Shown: positions 1 to 9,770 of the stretch, one piece after another
How positions within the stretch are numbered: position 1 is the stretch's first letter
How the letters are laid out: each line of letters starts with the position of its first letter
Virus record (IMG/VR): IMGVR_UViG_3300034073_005389
Span: 297,491-361,490 of that record
DNA: 64,000 nt
Strand: one strand, 5' to 3'
Position numbers and translations under genes: made by a program
The notes under the pieces: generated by a model
The model's database searches: none
What the model saw: the letters and a program-made list of their open reading frames with translations, nothing else
Told to the model about the DNA's origin: nothing

Positions 1-2
1 CG

Positions 3-590
3 ACTTCAACAAAACTGCCGCCTAAATTTTATTTTAAAGGCTTAAGGCTACATGAATCTATGTGCGGTAAAAATCCGCATGGGAAATCAGTAATGTATCC
101 AACTAAACATTCAGATAAAACTATCGAAAAATTAAAAGAGTCAGGTAAAAAAAGAGTTTGGACTCAGGAACAAAAAATAAAACTTAGTGAAAGTATGAAA
201 AATGCTGTTAAAAAGCATCCGGAATCATACACAAATTCTAATAGAGGAAGGGTTAAACAAATAATATTTGATAATATCAAATTTCATGGTAAATGGGAAG
301 TTGCTTTCTATAAATGGTCAAAAGAAAACAATATTGAGATAAAAAAAAATATTGAAGGATTTAACTATTATTGGAGAGGTAATAGAACATATTTTCCTGA
401 TTTTTATCTTCCAAAATTAGAATTATTTATTGAAATAAAAGGATATGAAACATATCGAGACCAAGCAAAATGGTCTGCATTTCCTAAGAAACTTATAGTA
501 ATTAGAAAAGAACAAATTTTACAAATTAATAAAGGAATATTTCCTGGAATAGAAAGCATTCCTTTAACTAGTCCGACAAACAGGACTTGA
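3..590 (+). CDS. Free-standing homing-endonuclease-like protein (NUMOD3-like + PD-(D/E)XK), 5'-partial
   Basis: HSDKTIEKLKES/WTQEQKIKLSES NUMOD3-like repeats; YFPDFYLP...FIEIKG nuclease motif. The frame stays open upstream of the ATG at 60 (..GLRLHESMCGKNP), so the gene probably starts before the window. Confidence 0.7.
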   Translation, partial: TSTKLPPKFYFKGLRLHESMCGKNPHGKSVMYPTKHSDKTIEKLKESGKKRVWTQEQKIKLSESMKNAVKKHPESYTNSNRGRVKQIIFDNIKFHGKWEVAFYKWSKENNIEIKKNIEGFNYYWRGNRTYFPDFYLPKLELFIEIKGYETYRDQAKWSAFPKKLIVIRKEQILQINKGIFPGIESIPLTSPTNRT

Positions 591-883
591 ACCTGTAACC
601 ACGCGATTATGCTTACCACTACGATTTTCATCGCCTTTTTAAAGTTTGTGGTCTGGACTATACCTTCCCTCTCGGGTCTAACGTCTAGTCTCTACACCTT
701 CTCAAATTTATTGAGCTTGGCTCGGGATTAGCATATAAATTTCTTTACTTAGCTTTCCCCGAATTTGTCAGATTCTACCAAGATGTTTCACTTGGCAACC
801 CACGATAGTATATCATGAACATATATTGTTTTTAGATATACAATCTTCGAGTCGCATGCTCTAACCAATTGAGCTATTGTCGG
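572..883 (-). tRNA. tRNA with CAT anticodon (elongator Met or Ile2), interrupted by a group I intron
   Basis: 5' exon 883-850 CCGACAATAGCTCAATTGGTTAGAGCATGCGACT; 3' exon 611-572 CATAATCGCGTGGTTACAGGTTCAAGTCCTGTTTGTCGGA. Joined exons give a full cloverleaf; the C1-G72 pair argues against fMet. Confidence 0.92.
612..849 (-). ncRNA. Group I self-splicing intron (IC3-like), 238 nt, no ORF
   Basis: P AAATTCGGGGAA, Q AATCCCGAGC, R GTAGAGACTA, S AAGGTATAGTCC in order; preceded by exon U33 and ends in G. Confidence 0.92.
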
Positions 884-971
884 ATAAACTTTATTTCATC
901 ATCTCGATTTCGACGCTTACCTTGCCCCTCACTTATAGTCGGGCTGGTTGCCCGATGGGCAACCGCAAGCT

Positions 972-1352
972 TTAGCTATCGATTTGTTGTAGCTTTTCAA
1001 AAAACTTAATCACATTCTCTCTAGACAACTTATATAGATTACCTCCAAAATCTTTGGTATCCATATAATAATTATACTGAACCATATCGGTTATATTCTT
1101 AACCGGTCTATAATCTTTGTCAAGATTAAAAAGAAAACTAAAGTCTGGAGACTTTACTAAATTACGTGTCGTAAGGGCATATATCATACCCTCTCCTTGT
1201 TTTAAAGGAGAAAATTTTTCCACACCCATTAAAGAAACAAGATAATAATCTTGTTGTGCATTTTCTGGATTAGATGAATTATTATAATGAAATTCGGCAG
1301 GAGTCACCCAAGCCACATAATTTTTAAAATGTGTATGACCCAAACATAACAT
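972..1352 (-). CDS. Hypothetical protein
   Basis: 126-aa ORF co-directional with neighbours. Confidence 0.55.
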   Translation of the reverse strand: MLCLGHTHFKNYVAWVTPAEFHYNNSSNPENAQQDYYLVSLMGVEKFSPLKQGEGMIYALTTRNLVKSPDFSFLFNLDKDYRPVKNITDMVQYNYYMDTKDFGGNLYKLSRENVIKFFEKLQQIDS

Positions 1353-1378
1353 AAATAAATCTTTCTACTTCATCAAAA

Positions 1379-1675
1379 TCAATAATTTTCTACTTGCTCA
1401 ACAATTTCTAATTCTTGAAAAAATTCCTGCTCTACAGGGCGACCTTGGTCAATTGGTTCAATTCCACAATCTGTAGGAATTGCAATCAGCACAACTTGAT
1501 TATTAATCACTACTTCTTTGTAGTCAACAGGACAGCCCAATTCTTTAGGTAAAGATGATGAAAAATCCTCGGCAGAATCTTGAACAGTATCCTGCTCCAA
1601 CTCCTCTGATTCTGGTAACTCTTGGAAGTTATAACAACCAGTTAATACCAAACAAAGAATAAAAAAATGTCTCAT
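1379..1675 (-). CDS. Putative lipoprotein
   Basis: MRHFFILCLVLTGC signal peptide with lipobox-like LTGC. Confidence 0.6.
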   Translation of the reverse strand: MRHFFILCLVLTGCYNFQELPESEELEQDTVQDSAEDFSSSLPKELGCPVDYKEVVINNQVVLIAIPTDCGIEPIDQGRPVEQEFFQELEIVEQVENY

Positions 1676-1705
1676 GACTAAATACCAATTAATTAGTTAA
1701 CTTAA

Positions 1706-2194
1706 CTAATCTCCTTTATTATTTTTTAAAAATTCAGTAGCAGATTTATTAATACGCTCTTCTCTTTTATCTTCTTGCTCTCTATAATGATCTTTACATA
1801 GCGTCATGTACCAACTACCAAGAACTCTATTCTCTCCAGGAACACCACAAGTTTCACAAATATGAAAACTCATATTCTCTGCCATAGAAATGGCTCCAGA
1901 AATATAATCATTGGTGCAGCTAGTGTAAAACCTAAGACCACCAAATTTTTCTTTAACTTGAACCGCAGTAAATAAATCTAACAAACTCTTATTAGTTTTA
2001 TGATCAAAATCTTTATTTACTGGAGAATCTGGATTACTAACTCTCCACTCAATATGTTCAAGATGAGATTCAATTATTGAGCATAGATTATCTATTATCT
2101 TATACCAACCAGAACCACACTCTATGTGTGTTAGATTTTTAAACACTCTAGGATACTTTTCCAGTAAAGTAGAATACCAAACTTCTTTAGTCAT
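1706..2194 (-). CDS. Conserved phage protein with C-terminal Zn-binding motif
   Basis: GW...QVKEKFGGLRFY...CETCG...TLC..H pattern common in large phages. Confidence 0.7.
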   Translation of the reverse strand: MTKEVWYSTLLEKYPRVFKNLTHIECGSGWYKIIDNLCSIIESHLEHIEWRVSNPDSPVNKDFDHKTNKSLLDLFTAVQVKEKFGGLRFYTSCTNDYISGAISMAENMSFHICETCGVPGENRVLGSWYMTLCKDHYREQEDKREERINKSATEFLKNNKGD

Positions 2195-2355
2195 AAAAGC
2201 TCTTCTTTGTGTTCAGTATGAGTATCATCACAATGCTTCTCATGACATTTATGAGAATATTTTGTATGATACCATGTATGAAGTTTCTTAAACCATATTC
2301 CAACAAAAGGAATAAGAGACATAATTAAAAATAATTCATCAGCACAAAAATGCAT
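2191..2355 (-). CDS. Small His-rich membrane-associated protein (54 aa, not in ORF track)
   Basis: AGAGGAG RBS; MHFCADELFLIMSLIPFVGIWFKKLHTWYHTKYSHKCHEKHCDDTHTEHKEELL; ATGA overlap with next gene. Confidence 0.6.
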   Translation of the reverse strand: MHFCADELFLIMSLIPFVGIWFKKLHTWYHTKYSHKCHEKHCDDTHTEHKEELL

Positions 2356-2749
2356 ACTGGACTCCTCTTAAGAAATTTGCAACCGAGAATATATCACCTA
2401 CATATATTTTAGATATTAAAAATATATTTATAACTTTGTTAAAGCGGCAAAACTAGTAAGTCTACCACTGTAGTACAGCAACAAAGTTATAAATAATATT
2501 TTAAAGACTACCTTCTAAGTGATAAATCTCTCGACAAAAAATGGGATATATTATAGGGAAGAGTAGTTCTTTTATGATCTAAGAAGATCTGATCAAGTAG
2601 AAGAAAATAATATACAGTAAAATTAATACTATCTCCCAGAGTTTTTGGGAGAAGTTGACTTTCTCTTTAGAACTTCCATCAGGTGGATGGCAGGTAAAAG
2701 TCAATTAATATCCTAATTATTAGGGTTATACTAATATAAGATATTATTA

Positions 2750-3265
2750 CTATTTATTTTTAATTCTAGAAGTCTGGACAAACAGATCATTCATGCTCAA
2801 ATAGTAATCATTAACATCCAGCTCATAGTAACCACAATTTTTCAGCATTATGGCTGAGTTTTTCACATCTCCTGCATGAAAAAATGTTAATGCTCCTTTA
2901 CATCTATTTTTAATAACTTTCCAATAATTCCTAGCGCCTTCATGGAAGGAAAGGAAAGATCTAAATCTAGAACTAGCTACTTTGTAGTATGCCCTAGTGG
3001 CATGATTAACATGGGCTCCAATATTTCCTAAATTATAATTATATACTAATTTACCTTTACCATTTTCAAGTGCAATTTGTGACCAAGCCATATTTACAGT
3101 ATTTTTGGACGCTGGCTTATCAAAAACTTCTAAATAAGTTTCTTTTAAAACTTCTTTTAATTTTTCTTCTTGAATAGGTGTTTGGTGTTTTTTTATCTCA
3201 AAATTAGCAGAACATTCTTCAACAGGACCAAATGTTCCAAGTATAATACACAATGATTTTATCAT
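2750..3265 (-). CDS. Glucosaminidase/FlgJ-like peptidoglycan hydrolase
   Basis: QIALENG...YNLGNI...FRSF.SF.EG...GYY lysozyme-fold pattern. Confidence 0.65.
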   Translation of the reverse strand: MIKSLCIILGTFGPVEECSANFEIKKHQTPIQEEKLKEVLKETYLEVFDKPASKNTVNMAWSQIALENGKGKLVYNYNLGNIGAHVNHATRAYYKVASSRFRSFLSFHEGARNYWKVIKNRCKGALTFFHAGDVKNSAIMLKNCGYYELDVNDYYLSMNDLFVQTSRIKNK

Positions 3266-3327
3266 TATATTCTCCTTTTATGTTTGTTATGGTGGGAATA
3301 TAATATATAATTATGAATAGAAAATAG

Positions 3328-3400
3328 CTGAGGAAGAAGGATTCGAACCTTCAACTTACGGATTCAAAGTCCGTCATTCTGCCAATTGAATTATTCCTCA
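3328..3400 (-). tRNA. tRNA-Gln(TTG)
   Basis: Cloverleaf; ACGGA-CT-TTG-AA-TCCGT; GGTTCGAATCC. Confidence 0.93.
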
Positions 3401-3540
3401 ATGCACTAATTAAATTATTAGTGCAAAAATTTTAGTGCAAAACAATCTCTTCATCTGAACTATCAGCTGAATCTTCTAAGGAGATAAGAACTTCTCCATC
3501 TGGATAAATATATGTATACCATCCACGAGGAAATTTATCT

Positions 3541-3777
3541 TCACTCATCATCTTCTTCGTCCTCATCGCTATCAAAATCTTCTTCCTCTTCCTCTTCTTC
3601 ATCATCATCTGATTCAAATTCTACTAACTCACCATCTTCATCTTGCATAAGACCAGTAAGAATAACTATTTGACCATCGTCGTCAGTTGTAAGTTCAAAA
3701 CCATTTGGAAATAGTTCTTCCAATGCTTCTTCTAAATCTTCAAGAGTCATCATATGTATCTCCTTATTATTAAGCAC
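3541..3777 (-). CDS. Small extremely acidic protein
   Basis: 78 aa with D/E-only C-terminal tail. Confidence 0.65.
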   Translation of the reverse strand: MLNNKEIHMMTLEDLEEALEELFPNGFELTTDDDGQIVILTGLMQDEDGELVEFESDDDEEEEEEEDFDSDEDEEDDE

Positions 3778-3900
3778 TATTATAACAGTAGTTGTAAGAT
3801 TTTTACTTTTTAAGTAAAAATTTTGGCGCTATGTGATTGAACGTGATCTCACACACAGCAACCTGCTAACTATGGCAAATAGTTAGCAGGTGATTATCAT

Positions 3901-4239
3901 TCACTTCATATGAACGCGAACTACTCCGCCACCGTGACCACGAACCACAGTAAACTGAGTTCCAAGAGAAGTTTGAGCCTTAATATAGCTATGAACCTGC
4001 TTGCTAATTGCTGGGAACAAAGCTGGATCTTTAGAGATTGCAGTAGATACAGTGTAAACCAGCATAGTAGTTGGGATAGCAGAAGCACTATTATCAAATA
4101 CTGCGTGCATAGCGCGCTCAATATCTGTAGCTGGAACCTCATTTCGTGAAACCCAATCAGTTAGTGCCTTAGTATAAGCGGCAACTGAAGCGTTTACGTC
4201 AACTGAACCATCAACACCATGAACTGTGAACTTATCCAT
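3901..4239 (-). CDS. Winged-helix-like protein, paralog of 49469-49801 and 50578-50925
   Basis: DGSVD..A N-terminus and FTVVRGHGGGV wing-like C-terminus shared with paralogs. Confidence 0.6.
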   Translation of the reverse strand: MDKFTVHGVDGSVDVNASVAAYTKALTDWVSRNEVPATDIERAMHAVFDNSASAIPTTMLVYTVSTAISKDPALFPAISKQVHSYIKAQTSLGTQFTVVRGHGGGVVRVHMK

Positions 4240-4315
4240 TTTTAATTATATCTCCAATTATTATAATACTACTCAAACAATCTAAAATAGAACTATTCTA
4301 TTTTAGAAAACTAAA

Positions 4316-4648
4316 TCAATCTTCTGATACTGATTCAGAATTTGGGGCTACTTGAACCTCTACCTTTTTAGTGGGCTTCTTACTAGCATTTGGATCAGGC
4401 TTAAGAATACCACCATGAGCGCCACGCCTAACTAGTACACCAGGATATGACTCTAGCAAAAATCGAATTGTTGGATATAGTTGAGGACCAGTCATTCCGA
4501 ATTCTGCACCTAACTCAGCGGCAAGGGCAGTTGCAGGGATTTTATCTCCTGGATTTAGAGCTTCAATTCTCTCAGATGCCTTAACAAAAATTTCACGAAT
4601 CTTATTTAGAGAAGCCTCTACATGATCTACATTATGCATTTTATTCAC
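4316..4648 (-). CDS. Putative winged-helix DNA-binding protein
   Basis: PGDKIPATALAAELG helix and VRRGAHGGI Rrf2/GntR-like wing. Confidence 0.55.
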   Translation of the reverse strand: MNKMHNVDHVEASLNKIREIFVKASERIEALNPGDKIPATALAAELGAEFGMTGPQLYPTIRFLLESYPGVLVRRGAHGGILKPDPNASKKPTKKVEVQVAPNSESVSED

Positions 4649-4751
4649 TCCAATTTACTTTGTTACTAACTTGGTACAGGGTACCGCCTCTACTTATAAA
4701 AACCTAGGTTGCCCGATGGGCAACCCATATAATTACTTTATCTACAATAAC

Positions 4752-5078
4752 TCAATTTCGAGTTAAACCATTTTGGCGAATCCAAAGTCGAGCAGCCTTA
4801 ATTGCTCTAGTTGGTGCGTCTTTATAAGATACAATATCTTTCATTACCGCTTCTGAAATATCGTGCATAGTAGCTTCTCTATGCATGGAGATCTTTAGCG
4901 GTTCCTCCAAAAGACGACCAAGAGCAAGTTGTCGTGCTACTGCACGATTAAAACGATCTCTTGGATTTAAGACTGAAAGCTGATAAGTAGCTGTCCCACT
5001 ACTACGGTTCACTTGAATTGCAAGACAACCAACGGGATGACCATTTTCTGAACGAAGATACATAATACGACGTGACAT
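4752..5078 (-). CDS. Conserved hypothetical phage protein
   Basis: RBS; DRFNRAVARQLALGR motif. Confidence 0.6.
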   Translation of the reverse strand: MSRRIMYLRSENGHPVGCLAIQVNRSSGTATYQLSVLNPRDRFNRAVARQLALGRLLEEPLKISMHREATMHDISEAVMKDIVSYKDAPTRAIKAARLWIRQNGLTRN

Positions 5079-5152
5079 ATTTATTACTCCTTGTTAACTA
5101 AACTTGGTTTAATTAGGTATTGATATTAGACGATTAAGATAAGGATTAAGTT

Positions 5153-5854
5153 ATGAATAGAATAATTATTTGTGGAAAAGATTATAGCCTTGATTGCCCC
5201 ACTTTAACTTGGAAAGATAAAGGCGGATTTAATGCTTATCCTTACAAAAAGTTTAATTTAAGAAACTTAAAATTAGAAGATTTAAAGAAACAATCTTCTT
5301 GTTTTGTATTGCACCATTCAGTTACTTATACTGCGGCTACTTGCCAAGCCGTTTTAGTAAGCAGGGGTTTATCCTGTACTTTTCTAATTGATGATAATGA
5401 CGTAGATGGATATGCTACATTATATCAAACTTTAGATGTAAAAGAAGGTGCTTGGTCACATGGCGAAATGAATAATTTTGGTGCCGGAGTAGAAATTTGT
5501 TATATGCCCCAAGCATGGGAAAATAAAAATTTGTACTCCGAAAGTAATAGAAAAAAATTTAATGTTCCAGAACACTTTGTAGTGGATGATACAGTTCAAG
5601 GAAGAACATTAAAAGTCTTTGCGCCTACTGAAGCTCAAATAAAAACTTTAAAATGTTTAATTAAAACAGTATGTTCTGCTCTTGATATTCCTATGATTTT
5701 TCCTAAAAATCAGGAAGGAAATATTATTAAAAGTATTTTATCAGATCCTAAACAACATAAAGGATTACTGGGTCATTTTAATATTAGTAAACAAAAAAAC
5801 GACCCAGCAGGTTTAGATTTAGATTATCTTGAAAAATTTTTAAATGAAGAATAG
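5153..5854 (+). CDS. N-acetylmuramoyl-L-alanine amidase (Amidase_2-like)
   Basis: FVLHHS, AWSHG, GVEIC, GHF...KNDP zinc-amidase motifs. Confidence 0.8.
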   Translation: MNRIIICGKDYSLDCPTLTWKDKGGFNAYPYKKFNLRNLKLEDLKKQSSCFVLHHSVTYTAATCQAVLVSRGLSCTFLIDDNDVDGYATLYQTLDVKEGAWSHGEMNNFGAGVEICYMPQAWENKNLYSESNRKKFNVPEHFVVDDTVQGRTLKVFAPTEAQIKTLKCLIKTVCSALDIPMIFPKNQEGNIIKSILSDPKQHKGLLGHFNISKQKNDPAGLDLDYLEKFLNEE

Positions 5855-5934
5855 TTTTTTTATTTGGGGTTCGTTGCCTTACCCTCACTTCTAGTGAGGC
5901 GAGATGACCGATGGGAACCCCTCCTTGAATCACG

Positions 5935-7014
5935 CTATTTATTTAAATTATAGCCTTCTCCAACTAATTTTAGTTGCATTCTAGAATTTAATTTTGGTTC
6001 AAATCTTTCTTTTGTAGTTTTAACTACAAAACCTTCTCTAATATGCTTGCCGCCTAAGGTAGTCAATCCTTCAGCATAAGGATACATCTGATCTTTGCCA
6101 AGCCATTTCCCACGATACAACTCAGGGACCATATCTAATTGTAGATCGTTAATAATCTCAACAAATTTATCATAATCTAAATATCTTCCTGTTTTACGAT
6201 CCCAGATATCAAAAAATCTAATTCTTGACTGATACTTACCATTTACTGGTGTTGTATCGTACTTAAATCCTTTAACTAGTCCATATAGCTCTCCAAAGAA
6301 AACTAAATTAGGATATCTAGTTAATTTTTCTTCTAGATTATAACGGATAGCAATATCCCACCAAGAATCTCCACCATCTCTTCTTTTATAGAGATTTCTA
6401 GATTTTACCCAGAATTTTTCTCCATCAAAACAATAGGAAGAATTCGCCCCATGTATTTTTTCGTTAATTACTATTTCTTCGTCAGGAAGTAAGCAATTTG
6501 CATACTGTCTCAATCCAGATACATCATAAAATGGAATACTCCATCCTACAGGAGATTTTTCCGTTTTTCCTGGATTAAGTTTTGCTTGCTCAGTATGTTC
6601 TTCTTCATCTTCTTCCATCTTTTTAAGATTAAAGAATTCAACTACTGAATCCCCAACAGAAAAATTATATGGGGCAGGAACCAGCATTCCCTGACTATAA
6701 ATATTTCTAATTTTCTTTGCCTTGATAACTCTGTATTTATCGGGAACAGAACCTAAAGTATATTTAGTGCCAATTACTTTTACTTCTCCTGATTCTGTTT
6801 TTTGAGTAAGTTTTGGGCAAAGAAAATAAAATTGTTGAGTGTCAGGAACGATAGTATCAGTTGGAAAATAAGCCGCTACACTATTTACTTTAAATTCCCC
6901 AGTCTTAATTATTACTGGATAATCTCCAAGTACAGTTGCTATTTCTAAATTATCAGCATTAGGATGCTTTTCTATTTTTTCAATAATTACTACCTGTGGA
7001 TTCCATTCTGACAT
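5935..7014 (-). CDS. ATP-dependent RNA ligase (DRB0094/Rnl2-like with N-terminal OB domain)
   Basis: HPNADNL N-terminus, EKIHGAN motif I, FGELYG, FFDI, REGFVVK. Confidence 0.88.
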   Translation of the reverse strand: MSEWNPQVVIIEKIEKHPNADNLEIATVLGDYPVIIKTGEFKVNSVAAYFPTDTIVPDTQQFYFLCPKLTQKTESGEVKVIGTKYTLGSVPDKYRVIKAKKIRNIYSQGMLVPAPYNFSVGDSVVEFFNLKKMEEDEEEHTEQAKLNPGKTEKSPVGWSIPFYDVSGLRQYANCLLPDEEIVINEKIHGANSSYCFDGEKFWVKSRNLYKRRDGGDSWWDIAIRYNLEEKLTRYPNLVFFGELYGLVKGFKYDTTPVNGKYQSRIRFFDIWDRKTGRYLDYDKFVEIINDLQLDMVPELYRGKWLGKDQMYPYAEGLTTLGGKHIREGFVVKTTKERFEPKLNSRMQLKLVGEGYNLNK

Positions 7015-7108
7015 AATAATCTCCTTTAAGACTTAAAACTAAATATGGTCAGAAGAATACTAATACCTAGTATTATTTGTAATTTAAAAAATATTATATC
7101 CATAATTT

Positions 7109-7369
7109 TTACACAAACAAATCTAAACCATATTCAGTCAAGGTAATATACTCATCATATTTAGCTGTGCCACTTTTTAATTTATCTTTAAGATAAATTA
7201 AATGCTTACAAGTCTTGCTACCACGATGAATAAAAGAAGGACAATTACAAGACCACTTTACTCCCCTACCTCCTTCTTTTTTAGATTTGCCTGTCCTGCT
7301 AATTCTATAAGGAATATCTTTATTTTTATTACTAAAACTCCAAACTAAAGCTACAGTTTCTTGATCCAT
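7109..7369 (-). CDS. SWIM zinc-finger protein
   Basis: CNCP...CKHL. Confidence 0.75.
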   Translation of the reverse strand: MDQETVALVWSFSNKNKDIPYRISRTGKSKKEGGRGVKWSCNCPSFIHRGSKTCKHLIYLKDKLKSGTAKYDEYITLTEYGLDLFV

Positions 7370-8316
7370 TAATTTTTAATATCCTTAAAAAATTGTAACA
7401 AATTTGTTTCGGAAAAGTTTTTACGCTCTGATGAAGTACTAGATACTGCAAAATTTTGCTCTACTGCATCCAAATACATAGTAAATGTTCCATCAGAACC
7501 CATATAAAAAGTATTCCATGCTTCAGATGTAAAATACCTTTTGGCATTTAATTGTTGCAAAGCAAGGTTATCAAAAGATAAAATAATGTTATTATATTTG
7601 AAATATTTAACTAATTGAGTATACCACTCATATTTATTAGCTTCTACTTCTTTATTTTTTAAATAGTAATTTAAACCATTACCATATTTCTTATAGCCAA
7701 GAATTAATACCTTGCACTCTTTATTATTTTGTTGACAAAGTTGATATAATTGATCAATGTCGTCAACATGATTAATTCCCATTATTACATGAAATACTAG
7801 ATGATCAGTTAATGAAATAATAGGTTGAATATCGTTCAGATACTTCGAATCAGAATAAGAAATACCAATACCAAAAACTAAATTATCAGTAATTAATTTT
7901 TCAATTAAAGACTGATAATTTTTAACATGTTTTTGATTAATAGTAATATTAGGAATTAATCCTTGTTTTCTAACATTTTGTAGGAAGCTAATTAGCTTAG
8001 GATGAGCTAATGGATTACCTCCTCCAATTGCTATCTCTACACCAGCCGGTAGAACCGAAAGCTCTAATTCTAACCTCTCTAGGTCAGCATGTTTGCCTTT
8101 TAAATTAGACTTTTCATGGCAAAATGCGCATATAGGATTATCTGATGTTGGTTCGCAATAATTAGTGATCTTTACATCTAAAGATGATGGAAAGTCTACT
8201 GTTAATAGTTCTTGAGAACTATATTCTCTTTCAAGAGAGCCATCTTCAAATAATGTAACAGTAGTATTTCCATTTTGATACTTATGAAGAATTTGGCTCA
8301 TCTTTGATTTTATCAA
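7369..8316 (-). CDS. Radical SAM protein (variant CX8CX2C)
   Basis: DVKITNYC.......ICAFCHE, IAIGGGNPL; probable start MSQIL. Confidence 0.8.
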   Translation of the reverse strand: MIKSKMSQILHKYQNGNTTVTLFEDGSLEREYSSQELLTVDFPSSLDVKITNYCEPTSDNPICAFCHEKSNLKGKHADLERLELELSVLPAGVEIAIGGGNPLAHPKLISFLQNVRKQGLIPNITINQKHVKNYQSLIEKLITDNLVFGIGISYSDSKYLNDIQPIISLTDHLVFHVIMGINHVDDIDQLYQLCQQNNKECKVLILGYKKYGNGLNYYLKNKEVEANKYEWYTQLVKYFKYNNIILSFDNLALQQLNAKRYFTSEAWNTFYMGSDGTFTMYLDAVEQNFAVSSTSSERKNFSETNLLQFFKDIKN

Positions 8317-9079
8317 TAGTAAATTTAATATTTTCTATAGAATTTACTTTATAAGTGGGGATTTTATATCCAATAACAAAATCAGCATCATATAAAATAC
8401 AAATGCCATGCTCTATTAAAGAGAAACTATTTAGCTCTTTGCCATCTAAATCTTTAGACTTATTAAAGTTTGGATCAAATATTCTATAGTTAGAATAACT
8501 AATATTTTGATCAGATAACTTATAAGTCATAAGTTTAAGTGATTTTTTAATCTCTGATGTTTCAGGGTATCCTAAAAACTTTGTGACGAGATTTGTATTT
8601 TCTACTTTTAAGAAATGAGTATATTTACTTTCTGGATGATTATAAAATTCACAATCAGCATCTGAATTATCATTTCCAGTATACAGCCAGCAGCTTGGAT
8701 TAAAAATCCAATTTTTAAGAATTTCTTTAGATTGAAAGATTGTTTTTGCCTCACCATCTTCTGACCAAGAAGATTGGTGATCAATATTAGAATCTCTAAG
8801 ATCCCAATAAATATCTTTGGCTCCAGTTTGCTCTTTTAGCACTTCATTTAACATTTCCACTTCTTGTGGATGGTCTTGACAAAAGACGGCTGCATAATTT
8901 GCTTTTGTGGTAGCATCGTTATATTTTTCCCATTCCCAACCAAATAAGCCGCCAGTCAAAGTAATAATACCATTATCTGGTATAATAGAATCGTAAATGC
9001 CGCTAACATTGGACACAATGGAAACAGAATGAGTGCTAGATGAATTAGTTTCAAAAACTTTATTCCTAATATTTTTCAT
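8282..9079 (-). CDS. Conserved phage protein with N-terminal FETNSSS motif
   Basis: IRNKVFETNSSSTHS; overlaps radical SAM gene. Confidence 0.7.
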   Translation of the reverse strand: MKNIRNKVFETNSSSTHSVSIVSNVSGIYDSIIPDNGIITLTGGLFGWEWEKYNDATTKANYAAVFCQDHPQEVEMLNEVLKEQTGAKDIYWDLRDSNIDHQSSWSEDGEAKTIFQSKEILKNWIFNPSCWLYTGNDNSDADCEFYNHPESKYTHFLKVENTNLVTKFLGYPETSEIKKSLKLMTYKLSDQNISYSNYRIFDPNFNKSKDLDGKELNSFSLIEHGICILYDADFVIGYKIPTYKVNSIENIKFTIDKIKDEPNSS

Positions 9080-9101
9080 ATGTTACCTAATAACAATTTA
9101 G

Positions 9102-9183
9102 TGGGAAGTGATGAATTTGAACCACCGTAGTCTATGACAAAGCGTTTACAGCGCTCCCCCGTTAGCCACTTGGGTAACTTCCC
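9102..9183 (-). tRNA. tRNA-Tyr(GTA)
   Basis: GAGCG-CT-GTA-AA-CGCTT, long variable arm. Confidence 0.9.
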
Positions 9184-9770
9184 GAATACAGCATATGCAA
9201 GCTGACATATGCACTATATCTTTAAGGCATATATAGTTTGCCATTAAATCAATAATAATTCTGAGACCTAAAATTCATATACCGCTCTTGCTTTAAGAAT
9301 TTAATCTCATCTTCTAAAATTTTAATTTTTTTCTCTAGCTCTTCTATTTTAGCTAGTAAAATTTTTACATCTTCCAAAACTAATTTACCATTTTTTTATC
9401 AGATACCAAATGTTCTCCTATAGCATACCCAATATCTGTAAGTTGGTAATATACTGTACCATCTTTAATAAAAGAGCTAACCAAACCATTAGCTAGCATT
9501 TGCTCCATAGCAAGATGAAATTCAGTTAATGATAAATTTAAATCTTCAAAACAAAATGGAGATCGAGGACTCATTATATTCTCTTTCTATAATTTATTAA
9601 AAATTGTTTGTGATCGTTGCACAAAATTTGACCTGCTTTAATAAATAAAAAAGCATCTGCTTCAGACCAGCCTTTATAAATTAAAGCATCATGTATTGAT
9701 TGTATTGATTCTCCAATCAATATAGCTTGAGACACTATTGATATGATCTCATCAGCACGATCAATGCTGC

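Noticed and set aside
572-883. Initiator tRNA-fMet
   Set aside because: Has a paired 1-72 position and lacks three consecutive G-C pairs in the anticodon stem.
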